60,036 nucleotides of DNA from Gemmatimonadota bacterium (GTDB lineage: Bacteria; Gemmatimonadota; Gemmatimonadetes; Longimicrobiales; Gaopeijiaceae): assembly GCA_007132965.1 (NCBI GenBank), contig SLNQ01000150.1, forward strand, positions 1 through 60,036, written 5' to 3'. How positions within the stretch are numbered: the first letter of the stretch is position 1; the number at the start of each line of letters is the position of its first letter. A program made the translations under genes and the position numbers. Below, piece by piece: positions 11,738 to 20,660 of the stretch. The notes below the pieces were generated by a model. The model worked only from the letters and a program-made list of their open reading frames with translations. It was not told the origin of the DNA and searched no databases.

Positions 11738-12523
11738 TCAGGGTTGTCCGTGCCGGAGCCCCACCGAGACGCCCAGGCGCCAGACCAGAAAGTCGGCGTC
11801 GGAACGGGTGGTCTCGATATCGGGACGTCCCTCGGCGTCGGCGATGATCCCGTCTCGGGTCACGTACTCGCGCCGGCCATTGGCATGGTAGGTGGCACCC
11901 AGGTCCACCAGGATCGGGGTGCGTCCTCCGCTGACCTGCACCTGGAGCCCGCCGCCGCCGCTCCAGGCGAACCCGCCGTCGGAGTGATTACGGGTTCTGA
12001 AGAGCGGCTCCTGGTCCTGGCGGGTCCCCTCCAGCTCCGAATCGGTGTGGAAGTAGGTGTATCCCGCCGATCCCACGCCGTAGAGACGGGCCGGCCCCAC
12101 CGGGATGGCCACCTCGGGCCCGAGCCCCACCACCACGATGTTGTTGGACGTGGTGAGGTCGGCCTCGATGAGGGTGCCCACCGTCTCGCTCAGAGGAATG
12201 CGCTGCGTCTCGCGGCCGTAGGTCATGAAGCCCAGGTCGGCCCTGAGGCTGAGGATCCCGTGCCGATCCAGCCCCGCCCTGAAGAAGCCCCCGATCCCGA
12301 TTCCCACGTTCACGTAGTCGGCAAACTCTCCCCGGGGCTGGGCCACCGTCAGGCCACCACCCGTCCAGAAACGGGGGGTCGTCTCCCACTGAGCCCCATC
12401 CTGAACCGGTTCGGCATCACCGGCATCCTGCGCCGCCAGCCCCGGCGGACCCACCGGAGAAAGGAAGGGGAGCGCCGCCACGACGGCGCAGACCAGAAAC
12501 CGGCTGCAACTGGACATCTTCAT
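11738..12523 (-). CDS. hypothetical outer-membrane beta-barrel protein
   Basis: Trimmed to the ATG at 12523 ('MKMSSCSRFLVCAVVAALPFLS...AAQD'), with GGAGAGG 8 nt upstream. The body is alternating Gly/aromatic beta-strand sequence. Confidence 0.6.
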   Translation of the reverse strand: MKMSSCSRFLVCAVVAALPFLSPVGPPGLAAQDAGDAEPVQDGAQWETTPRFWTGGGLTVAQPRGEFADYVNVGIGIGGFFRAGLDRHGILSLRADLGFMTYGRETQRIPLSETVGTLIEADLTTSNNIVVVGLGPEVAIPVGPARLYGVGSAGYTYFHTDSELEGTRQDQEPLFRTRNHSDGGFAWSGGGGLQVQVSGGRTPILVDLGATYHANGRREYVTRDGIIADAEGRPDIETTRSDADFLVWRLGVSVGLRHGQP

Positions 12524-12592
12524 ACCTGAACCTCTCCACTGGTTAAACGGCTCGTCATCCTGCCATGCGCACATCGACGGCCTCGCCCGCCA

Positions 12593-13678
12593 TCAATCGG
12601 CCTCGGGAAGGCTGAACTTTCCGCCAACGCTCTCGCCCCCATCCACCACCAGGTGCGCTCCGCTGATGTGCGCGCCCGCCGGCGAGGCCAGAAAGAGGAC
12701 GGCCCCGGCCACGTCGGCCGGCCGTGCCAGTCGGCCCAGGGGCACCGACGCCTCGAACTCCGACAGTCGTCCCACCGACTCCACCAGGCGTCGGGCCCCC
12801 TCGGTCCCCTCCACCAGCCCCGGGGCCACCGCGTTGACCCGGATGCCGTGTGGGCCCCACTCAGCGGCCAGGCTCCGGGTCAGGTTCAGCACCCCGGCCT
12901 TCGCCGCGCCGGAGTGACTCATGAAGGCGGCTCCGGTCTCCACGTAGGTGGTGGTGATGTTCACCACCGCCCCGCCGCCTGAGTCTCGAAGGGGCTCGAA
13001 GGCGGCCCGGCAGACGTGAAAGGTGCCGTCCAGGACAATCTCCACCACGGCCCGCCAACCACCCACCGACAGCTCCTCGGCCCGGGCCAGGAAGTTGCCG
13101 GCGGCGTTGTTCACCACGATGTGGAGCCCGCCCAGCTCATCCGCCGCCTCCCGGACCACTTCATGGACCCGCTCCGGGTCACGGACATCCACGGGTCGGA
13201 CCAGCGCGGTGCGGCCCAGGGCGCGGATCTCCTCCGCTGCCGGTTCCAGATGGTCCCGGTTCCGGCTCGCCAGGATCAGGTCCGCACCGTGGGCGGCCAG
13301 CCAGAGGGAGATGCCACGGCCGATGCCCGTGCCTCCGCCGGTGACCAGCGCCACCCGACCCTCCAGGAGGTCGGGGCGAAAGGGCGAGGCCTTCAGGACC
13401 TCGGAAGACGAGTCCTCGGCGCGGGCATCACCGCCCTCCAGGCTGCCCAGCTCCCGGAGGAGCGAGCGGGCCTCCTCCAGGTCTTCCCTGCGGACCAGGA
13501 GACGGGGCCTGGACGAGAAGCCCCGGCCGAACTGGATCTGGCCTGCGGGGTCGGCCACCACCCCGGCCGGAATCCCGGCATCCTCAAGAAATCCCCGGGC
13601 CAACTCGGCCTCGTGGACGAAATCAAAGGACGCCAACTCCACCTCCTCGTCCTCGTCCCGGCGCTCGTCGCCCGCCAT
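12593..13678 (-). CDS. DUF2007-like N-terminal domain fused to a short-chain dehydrogenase/reductase (2,4-dienoyl-CoA reductase-like)
   Basis: The start is placed at ATG 13678, which overlaps the stop of the upstream 99-aa ORF (ATGA). The ORF-track start at 13699 is the alternative. SDR motifs are 'VTGGGTGIGRGI', 'NNAAGNF' and 'SGAAKAGV'. The first ~80 aa ('FVHEAELARGFLEDAGIPAGV...') look like a DUF2007-type small domain. Confidence 0.8.
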   Translation of the reverse strand: MAGDERRDEDEEVELASFDFVHEAELARGFLEDAGIPAGVVADPAGQIQFGRGFSSRPRLLVRREDLEEARSLLRELGSLEGGDARAEDSSSEVLKASPFRPDLLEGRVALVTGGGTGIGRGISLWLAAHGADLILASRNRDHLEPAAEEIRALGRTALVRPVDVRDPERVHEVVREAADELGGLHIVVNNAAGNFLARAEELSVGGWRAVVEIVLDGTFHVCRAAFEPLRDSGGGAVVNITTTYVETGAAFMSHSGAAKAGVLNLTRSLAAEWGPHGIRVNAVAPGLVEGTEGARRLVESVGRLSEFEASVPLGRLARPADVAGAVLFLASPAGAHISGAHLVVDGGESVGGKFSLPEAD

Positions 13679-13977
13679 CAGCGCTCCTCCCTGAGCCACG
13701 CGTCAAAGATCTGGCCCACGCGGATCATGGCCTCGCGGGCCTCCTCTACCTCGCGCTCCCGTACCGCCACCCGCGCCTCGTCCACCGCCTCCTGCACGCT
13801 GGGGGCGATCTTTCGATGCACCAGGTTGGCCTGTTGCTCGTTGAACTCCTCCACCGCCTCCAGGGCCTCGGCCCAGTCCTGGTCCGTGCCGGGCGGGTCG
13901 CGCCGGATGCCCTCGAGGGTCAGGAGCACCTGGCTCAGGAGGGGCGGAAGGTCGGGAGAGAGGGGATTCTCGCTCAT
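13678..13977 (-). CDS. hypothetical 99-aa acidic helical protein
   Basis: Clean ORF between moeA and the SDR gene with normal GC3-rich codon usage and an ATG start. Its stop is coupled to the SDR start. I recognise no motif. Confidence 0.55.
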   Translation of the reverse strand: MSENPLSPDLPPLLSQVLLTLEGIRRDPPGTDQDWAEALEAVEEFNEQQANLVHRKIAPSVQEAVDEARVAVREREVEEAREAMIRVGQIFDAWLREER

Positions 13978-14007
13978 GGCGACTCCAATGGGATCGGGGT
14001 TCCAGGT

Positions 14008-15258
14008 TCACAAGGGAACGACATCGACACGGGCCCCGGCCGGAAGCTCGTCCAGACCTTCGGGAAGGACGCACCACGCATCGGCCGACAGGAGGGGGCT
14101 CAGGCGAAATGACTTCTGGTCCGGCAGAACCCGAACCGCCGTCCCGCCCTCCTCCGTTGCCACCATCTCCACGGCCCGAAAGTAGCGGAGTTGAGGCCGC
14201 TTCCCCACCGCCTGGGCCAGAGGCAGACGCCAGGGGATCTCCGGCGGCTGTCCCCGGAGGGCACGAATGAAGGGCTGCACGAAGAAGCGAAATCCCGCCG
14301 CCACCGAAACGGGATTGCCCGGCAGCCCGAAGAAGAGGGCACCGCTTGGAAGGACCGCGGCCAGGACGGGCTTCCCGGGCCGGATGGCGGCCTTGTGAAA
14401 GAGCGTGCGAGCACCGGCCTTCTCCACCGCCCGTGGAATGAAGTCGTGGCGGCCCATGGAGACAGCCCCCGTGCTCACCACCAGATCCACCCCCTGGCCC
14501 ACCACGTCGTCCAGGACTTCGAGGAAGGGTCCCTCCCGGTCGTCCATGGTCCGGTTGGCGAGAACGGAGAGCTCCAGCTCGGCCAGGACCCGGCCCAGAA
14601 AGGGGCCGTTGGAGTTGCGGATCTCGCCCGGGGCCAGCTCCCGATCGGGATCGGCCACCAGCTCTGCGCCGGTGGCGAACACCGCCACCCGGGGCGCCCG
14701 GAAGACCGGCACCCGACTCACGCCCAGAGCCGCCAGGGCCGCCACCTCCGGCGCTCCGAGCCGACTCCCCGGCAAGACCACCGGATCACCCACCTCGAAG
14801 TCCCGGCCCGCCGATCGGATATTCTGGCCCGGCTCCACCGGTACCGTCACCCGGATCCTCGCAGGGTGGTCGTCCCCCTCCTCCTCCACCTCCACGTCCT
14901 CCACCCGCACCACCGTATCGAAGCCCGGGGGCACAGGCGCGCCGGTCATGATCTCCACCGCCCGACCCCACCTCGCGGATCCGTCAGCGGCGGCGTGAGC
15001 CTCCCGGGGCTCGCTCCCTGCGTCGCCGGCAGCCACACTCCCCAGCACCCGCCACCGGCTATCGGCCGGCCTCTCGCGACCCTGCGTGTCCAGGGCAAAC
15101 CCGTCCATGGCCGAGTTGGCGAAGGGGGGCAGGGCGGCGGGACTCTCCACCCTGCCGGCCACGTACTTCCCTCCAGCACCCTCCAGGGACACCACCTCCG
15201 TCGCCAGGCGTCGGGCCTGGTCCAGGATCAGCCTCAGTGCCTCTTCGTAGGGGGTCAT
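14008..15258 (-). CDS. moeA: molybdopterin molybdenumtransferase
   Basis: Trimmed from ORF 14008..15549 to the ATG at 15258 ('MTPYEEALRLILDQ'), with GGAGAGGAAG upstream. Also 'FANSAMDGFAL' and 'FGLPGNPVS'. Confidence 0.9.
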   Translation of the reverse strand: MTPYEEALRLILDQARRLATEVVSLEGAGGKYVAGRVESPAALPPFANSAMDGFALDTQGRERPADSRWRVLGSVAAGDAGSEPREAHAAADGSARWGRAVEIMTGAPVPPGFDTVVRVEDVEVEEEGDDHPARIRVTVPVEPGQNIRSAGRDFEVGDPVVLPGSRLGAPEVAALAALGVSRVPVFRAPRVAVFATGAELVADPDRELAPGEIRNSNGPFLGRVLAELELSVLANRTMDDREGPFLEVLDDVVGQGVDLVVSTGAVSMGRHDFIPRAVEKAGARTLFHKAAIRPGKPVLAAVLPSGALFFGLPGNPVSVAAGFRFFVQPFIRALRGQPPEIPWRLPLAQAVGKRPQLRYFRAVEMVATEEGGTAVRVLPDQKSFRLSPLLSADAWCVLPEGLDELPAGARVDVVPL

Positions 15259-15301
15259 GGGACTTCCTCTCCACTGTTCGGGGAACGCTCCGGGCTCCAC
15301 G

Positions 15302-16489
15302 TCACCGGAGCAGCTTCTCCTCCACCAGGTCGGCCAACCGGGCCGGAAGCGACTGGTCATCCAGAGCCAGCACCGGCACCGGGGCCTCCAGCTCCGGCTG
15401 GTCGGTGACCACCGCCACCACGGCCTCGGAACCGGGCTCACCGGAGCGGAAGAAGGGCTCGAGGTGACGGGCGGCGCGGAAGACCTCCACCTTCGGCAGC
15501 GCCGAGTGTTTGAAGCCCTCCACCACCACCAACTTCGCTCCGGAGACATGGGACTTCAGAAGATCCTCCACGCCGGGCTCCTCCCTCCCCTCCCACGATC
15601 CCATGAGGGCGAACCCCTCGGGACCGGTGAGGAGGACGGGATCGGCGCCTCCTTCGTGACGGAGCCGCCACGAGTCAGTTCCCGGCGTGTCGAGGCGGAA
15701 CCCGTGACCGTGCTTCACCGCCGCCACCCGGTGGCCCCTGCGGCGAAGCTCCGCCACGAGCCCCACCGAAACCCCGGTCTTTCCGGAGTCCTTGTAGCCC
15801 ACCACGCAGAGAGCCGGGGGGACGGGAGTGGTCGAACCCTCCCCCGTCCCATCCGACTCCGCTTCGAGCTCAGCCAACCTCTCCGGCGTATTGGCGCTCC
15901 GGAGGGCCCAGCCGGGATTGACCCCGGGACCCAACCGGGCCGGTGGAATGGAATAGGCGTCCACGGCGTCAAGGAGCCCGTGAAGGGACCGGTCCGGGCC
16001 CTGGAGTCGTGCCTCCACCTCCGGAAGGCAAGCCAGGCCGTACCAGGCGCACAGAGGCTCGAAGCGGGCTTTCTCCCCTGCAGGCGCCGCCGCCGACCGA
16101 CCGCAGCCGTGGCCCACCCGGGCCACGGCTCGCACCAGCGCCGGGTCGACCAGGGGCATGTCGCACCCGAGGAGGAAGACACCCGCGTCCCCGTCGTCGC
16201 TCCGGACCTGGTCCCCCATCCGGTCCCGGAGCTCGATCAGCGACGCGTGCAGTCCTCCCAGGGGTCCCATCCCGGGAACCCGGTCCGGGATCAGGGTGAC
16301 CCGGGGGTCCGACTCCAACCCGTCCACACGGCCCACCACCGCCACCCGCCGGCAGACGTGCTCCAGCACCCGGGCGGCCCGGCGAGCCAGGGGCTCTCCG
16401 TGGAACCGAGCCAGGGCCTTGGGCGAACCGAAGCGCCGACTCTCGCCACCTGCCAGGACGGCCCCCAGGAGAATCCCGCTTCGGCTCAC
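15302..16489 (-). CDS. mobA: fused molybdenum cofactor guanylyltransferase MobA and MobB adaptor protein
   Basis: The N-terminal half has 'VLAGGESRRFGSPKAL' and 'LGCDMP' (MobA). The C-terminal half has the P-loop 'VVGYKDSGKTGV' and 'AAVKHGHGF' (MobB). The GTG start overlaps the fdhD stop (GTGA). Confidence 0.85.
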   Translation of the reverse strand: MSRSGILLGAVLAGGESRRFGSPKALARFHGEPLARRAARVLEHVCRRVAVVGRVDGLESDPRVTLIPDRVPGMGPLGGLHASLIELRDRMGDQVRSDDGDAGVFLLGCDMPLVDPALVRAVARVGHGCGRSAAAPAGEKARFEPLCAWYGLACLPEVEARLQGPDRSLHGLLDAVDAYSIPPARLGPGVNPGWALRSANTPERLAELEAESDGTGEGSTTPVPPALCVVGYKDSGKTGVSVGLVAELRRRGHRVAAVKHGHGFRLDTPGTDSWRLRHEGGADPVLLTGPEGFALMGSWEGREEPGVEDLLKSHVSGAKLVVVEGFKHSALPKVEVFRAARHLEPFFRSGEPGSEAVVAVVTDQPELEAPVPVLALDDQSLPARLADLVEEKLLR

Positions 16490-17355
16490 GCCGCGTCCTC
16501 GGCGCCTTCCACCCGCTGCCCGCCGGCATATACGTTGAAACCGTCGTCACGGAGGAATCCCACCAGGGTCATGCCGAACTCCCGGGCCAGATCCACCGCC
16601 AGGCTCGACGGCGCGCCCACGGCCGCCACACCCGGAACACCGGCGGTGAGGGCCTTCTGCAGGATCTCGAAGGAGGTGCGTCCGCTCACCACCAGAAGGG
16701 TGTCGTCGGCCGGAATTCGGCCTTCCAGGAGCTGGTGTCCCACCACCTTGTCCACCGCGTTGTGCCGGCCCACGTCCTCCCTGAGGCTCACGAAGCTCCC
16801 GTCGGGGCGGACCAGGGCGGCGGCGTGGATGCCTCCGGTGCGCTGGAAAACGCCCTGACCCTCCCGGAGGGCATCGGGAAGACCCTTCAGCATGCCAGGC
16901 GCCCAGACGGGTCCCGATCCTTTCGGAAAGACCGGACATCCCCGGATCTCCACCGCCTCCAGTGAGGCCTTTCCGCACACGCCGCACGAGGAGGTGGTGT
17001 AGAAGTTTCGGTCCAGGAGCGCCTCGTCAAAGGTGACCCCCGGCCGAAGGGCCACCGAGACCACGTTGTACTCCTGGGTCTCGGGCCCCGTGCAGTAGGT
17101 GATGGTGCGGATGTCACGGCGCCGGCCGATGAGCCCTTCCGAGAAGAGGAACCCGGCAGCCAGCTCGAAGTCGTCGCCCGGGGTGCGCATGGTGACCGCC
17201 ACCTGGTGGGTCTCGGTCCGCCCGCCGGGCTGCACCACCTCGAGGCGGATCTCCATGGGCTCTTCCACGGTGACCCGATCCCTCAGGGTACGGCGCTCCC
17301 GCCCCCGGCGACGCTCCACCTCCACGGCGGTGGAACCCCTGCGGGGGGCAATCAT
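16486..17355 (-). CDS. fdhD: formate dehydrogenase accessory sulfurtransferase
   Basis: Contains 'FYTTSSCGVCGKASLE', 'GGIHAAAL' and 'DVGRHNAVDKV'. AGGAGG lies upstream of the ATG. Confidence 0.9.
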   Translation of the reverse strand: MIAPRRGSTAVEVERRRGRERRTLRDRVTVEEPMEIRLEVVQPGGRTETHQVAVTMRTPGDDFELAAGFLFSEGLIGRRRDIRTITYCTGPETQEYNVVSVALRPGVTFDEALLDRNFYTTSSCGVCGKASLEAVEIRGCPVFPKGSGPVWAPGMLKGLPDALREGQGVFQRTGGIHAAALVRPDGSFVSLREDVGRHNAVDKVVGHQLLEGRIPADDTLLVVSGRTSFEILQKALTAGVPGVAAVGAPSSLAVDLAREFGMTLVGFLRDDGFNVYAGGQRVEGAEDAA

Positions 17356-17528
17356 GGGGTCCTCCTGAGTCGCGGTGCCCTCTCGGACGTCCCTGGGCGT
17401 CGGCCAGGTTCGAGGTCCTGTAATCGAGTCGCCATGGGTGCCCTCCCCTCCGGTGAAACCTCCGTCAGACGGTGCTTGAAGCCCTCTTCTGAAGGCTACT
17501 CCCCTGCCGGCGCCCGGGTCCGTGGCCG

Positions 17529-19865
17529 CTACTCCTCCTCGCCGGAGAGCATCCGGTGGAACTGGTCCATGGTCATGAGGACCTCCCGGGGCCTGGAACC
17601 GTCCGGGGGGCCCACCACGCCGGCGTCGTGAAGCTGGTCCACGATGCGGGCCGCCCGTCCGTAGCCCACCCTGAGCTTTCGCTGCAGAAGGGAGGTAGAG
17701 CCCTGCTCGTTGGAGATGCAGATCTCACCGGCATCCTGAAAGTACTCGTCCCACTCCCCGTCGAAGGGATCGTCGTCGGAGCTCGCCTCCTCGGCTTCCA
17801 TGGCCCGGACCAGCTCGAGGATGTCCTGCTCCCGCTCGTCTGCGGGGGCCTCCACCTCGGCATCCAGCTTTCGGGCCCGGAGCTGGCGGAACCACTCCAT
17901 GAGCCGCTCGGTCTCCTCGGTGGAGATGTACGCTCCCTGGATCCGGACCGGCGTGCTCTGCCCCGGCGGCAAGAAGAGCATGTCGCCGTTTCCCAGGAGC
18001 GCGTCGGCGCCGTTCTGGTCCAGAATGGTCCGGGAGTCGGTCTTGGACGAGACCCGGAAGGCGATCCGGCACGGAAAATTGGCCTTGATCAGCCCCGTGA
18101 TCACGTTCACCGAGGGGCGCTGGGTGGCCACGATGAGGTGGATCCCGATGGCCCGGGCCTTCTGGGCCAGCAGCGTCAGGGGCTTCTCGATTTCGCCCTG
18201 CACCGCCATCATGAGGTCCGCCAGCTCATCCACGATGAGCACGATATTGGGAAGGATCCCACCCTCGTACACATCCGGATCCGATGCACCGTCCTCCCCC
18301 TCGCCGTTCGGATCATCGGGGGTCGAGCCCATGTCGGCCCGGCGCATGGTCACGCCCTTCCGGACACGTCGGTTGAACTCTCCGATGGAGCGAACGCCGT
18401 TGCGGGAGAGGAGCTCGTAGCGCCGCTCCATCTCCAGGACCGCCCACTTCAGGACCCCTGCGGCATCCTTGGGATCGGTGACTACCGGATGGCGCAGGTG
18501 GGGAAGGTCTCCATAGGTGGAGAGCTCCACCATCTTGGGATCGATCAGGAGAAGCCGCAGCGTCTCAGGCGTGTGTCGGTAGACCAGCGAGGTGATGACG
18601 GTGTTCAGGCAGACGGACTTGCCTGATCCGGTGGCGCCGGCGATGAGGGCGTGGGGCATGCGGGTCAGGTCGGCCACGTAGGGCGAGCCCTGCAGGTCCT
18701 TTCCCAGCGCCAGGGGAAGCTCGCCCCGGGCCCCCCGGAACTCCCGACTCTCCAGGACCTCCCGGAGATGCACCACCTGCGGGGACGGGTTGGGGATCTC
18801 CACCCCCACCGCCCCCTTCCCCGGGATCGGGGCGACGATCCGGATGGTGCGAGCCCGCATGGCCAGGGCCAGGTCGGCCTCCAGGTTGGCGATCCGGTTT
18901 ACCTTGACCCCAGGAGCCGGAATCACCTCGTACTGGGTCACCACCGGTCCGGTGGTGCGGCCTCCGATCCGACTCTCCACCTTGAAGGTTCGGAGCTTGT
19001 CCACCAGGACCTCGCCCAGCCCGTCCAGCTCCCGCTCCATGTCGCCTCGATCGCCGTTCGTGGCCGGGGTGAGCAGCTCCAGGGGTGGGAGCTCCTCGCC
19101 TTCCAGCTCCCGGGGGTCACGGGGATCGGGGAGGTGTCCGTCCGGAACCGGTGCCCGGCGTGGCCGTGAGCTCGCGGTCGAAGGTCCGTCGGGGTCCAGG
19201 GGCGCCACCAGGGCGGTCTCGGGCGTGCCTGTCGGATCTGGTGGACCACTGGCACCGGCGTCCCGGCCAGCGCCGGCCGCCTCCCGGCGCCGCTCACGCC
19301 AGTCGGCCCAGGCTCCCCTTCCTCCCTCGAGCCAGTCGACGAGGGCGGTCCAGGCCCACCGGGACCCCGAACCGATCCAGCGTACCGGCGCCCGCAGGGG
19401 GTTCCGGTTCAGGGTGGCCATGACCAGAAGGACCACGAGAACGGCCACCAGGAGACCCGCGCCGAAGCCCCCCAGTCCGGCCGTGACGGGCCCGGCCAGG
19501 ACATGGCCCAGCCAACCGCCCCAGATAGGGTCCACCGGGACGATGGCCAGGAAGGCGGGCGCCAGGATCAGGAGTCCCCCGGCCAGGACGCTGAGGCGGA
19601 CCGCGGTCTCGTCCTCCAGCCAACGCCCCGTGCGCAGCCCCGCCACTGCAATGAGCACCGGAAGCAGCGCGATACCCACGCCGGCCGCCGCTACCGCCGC
19701 CTCATGGAAGACGCGGCCCAGCTCGCCCAGGAGATTTCCGGAGGGAAACCACCCCTCTCCCAGTGGCGCCAGGAGGGGCGCCGGCACCAGGGCCAGGAGG
19801 ACGAAGAGGGCCAGGGCCAGGAGTCCAACTCCCGCCAGCTCCTTACGAACGTCCGGTTTCACCAT
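17529..19865 (-). CDS. ftsK: DNA translocase FtsK
   Basis: Four N-terminal TM helices, a Pro/Asp-rich linker, Walker A 'AGATGSGKS', Walker B 'IVLIVDELADL' and the gamma domain 'STSLLQRKLRVGYGRAARIVDQL'. Confidence 0.95.
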   Translation of the reverse strand: MVKPDVRKELAGVGLLALALFVLLALVPAPLLAPLGEGWFPSGNLLGELGRVFHEAAVAAAGVGIALLPVLIAVAGLRTGRWLEDETAVRLSVLAGGLLILAPAFLAIVPVDPIWGGWLGHVLAGPVTAGLGGFGAGLLVAVLVVLLVMATLNRNPLRAPVRWIGSGSRWAWTALVDWLEGGRGAWADWRERRREAAGAGRDAGASGPPDPTGTPETALVAPLDPDGPSTASSRPRRAPVPDGHLPDPRDPRELEGEELPPLELLTPATNGDRGDMERELDGLGEVLVDKLRTFKVESRIGGRTTGPVVTQYEVIPAPGVKVNRIANLEADLALAMRARTIRIVAPIPGKGAVGVEIPNPSPQVVHLREVLESREFRGARGELPLALGKDLQGSPYVADLTRMPHALIAGATGSGKSVCLNTVITSLVYRHTPETLRLLLIDPKMVELSTYGDLPHLRHPVVTDPKDAAGVLKWAVLEMERRYELLSRNGVRSIGEFNRRVRKGVTMRRADMGSTPDDPNGEGEDGASDPDVYEGGILPNIVLIVDELADLMMAVQGEIEKPLTLLAQKARAIGIHLIVATQRPSVNVITGLIKANFPCRIAFRVSSKTDSRTILDQNGADALLGNGDMLFLPPGQSTPVRIQGAYISTEETERLMEWFRQLRARKLDAEVEAPADEREQDILELVRAMEAEEASSDDDPFDGEWDEYFQDAGEICISNEQGSTSLLQRKLRVGYGRAARIVDQLHDAGVVGPPDGSRPREVLMTMDQFHRMLSGEEE

Positions 19866-19919
19866 GGGTCATCCACTGCAGAACGCGTGTACCCGCTCGG
19901 CGGGCGGGGCTGAAGCGAT

Positions 19920-20660
19920 TCAGCTCTCGCCGGCACGGGGAAGGTGGATCATCCGGTCACTCATCTCGGGCACCAGGTCGTGCCGGTCGCGCTGGGCGCA
20001 GAGCGCCAGGTCCTCGCCCAGACCCACCTCCACCAGCGCCCCTCCCGCCGCCGTAGACCGGAGAAGCTCCTCGTGCAGCTCGAAGCTGCGGGCCAACTGA
20101 AGCGCCGCCCGTGAGGCATCGTTCAGGACCGGGGGGTCGGCTGCGTCGTGGGCCTCAAGGAGCTCCTGGAGCAGGATCCCCGCGCAGAGCGCGTCGTCGA
20201 GAGAGAACCGGTCCTCCTTGCCGGCGCAGATGAGCACCGCTTCGTCCATGGACCCCGTCATGCGCCGAACCACCGATCCCAGGTTCAGGAACGACGCCGC
20301 CAGCACCTCGTCGGCTCCCTGGGCCGCCACGAAGGCCCGGGTTCCGTTGGTGGTACTCATGACCAGGCGCTTGTCCCGGATCTGCTCACCGCCGAATTCG
20401 CGGGGAGAGTTTCCCAGGTCGAAGCCCTCCACCTTCAGCCCCTTGCGTTCGCCGCAGAGGAGGGTGTCGTCGCGGCCCAGCGAATTGGCCAGGCGAATGG
20501 CCTCTTCGGTGGAGACGGTGGGATAGATGGCCCGAGCGCCGTTGGCCAGCGCCTCCACGATGGTGGAGGTGGCCCGGATCACGTCGATGACCACGGCGGT
20601 GGCACCGGCTACCGGAATCCCCTCGGCTTCGGCGGCGGAAAAGTAGGTCCGGACCTTCAC
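19920..20660 (-). CDS. 2-phosphosulfolactate phosphatase family protein (ComB-like)
   Basis: Contains 'VVIDVIRATSTIVEALANGA' and 'LCGERKG...GFDLGNSP', typical of the ComB family. The GTG start overlaps the accC stop (GTGA). Confidence 0.8.
   Translation of the reverse strand: MKVRTYFSAAEAEGIPVAGATAVVIDVIRATSTIVEALANGARAIYPTVSTEEAIRLANSLGRDDTLLCGERKGLKVEGFDLGNSPREFGGEQIRDKRLVMSTTNGTRAFVAAQGADEVLAASFLNLGSVVRRMTGSMDEAVLICAGKEDRFSLDDALCAGILLQELLEAHDAADPPVLNDASRAALQLARSFELHEELLRSTAAGGALVEVGLGEDLALCAQRDRHDLVPEMSDRMIHLPRAGES

Noticed and set aside
17356-17528. Possible Moco riboswitch in the 173-nt leader upstream of fdhD-mobAB-moeA.
   Set aside because: The context is right, and fragments such as 'GUCCGAG', 'GGCACC' and 'AGGAGG' occur. 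However, they are not in the order I recall for the Moco motif (CCUCCGAG near the 5' side, GCCUGGGC and AAAGGAG at the 3' side), and I could not draw the multi-stem fold. This needs Infernal with RF01055 and should not be claimed without it.
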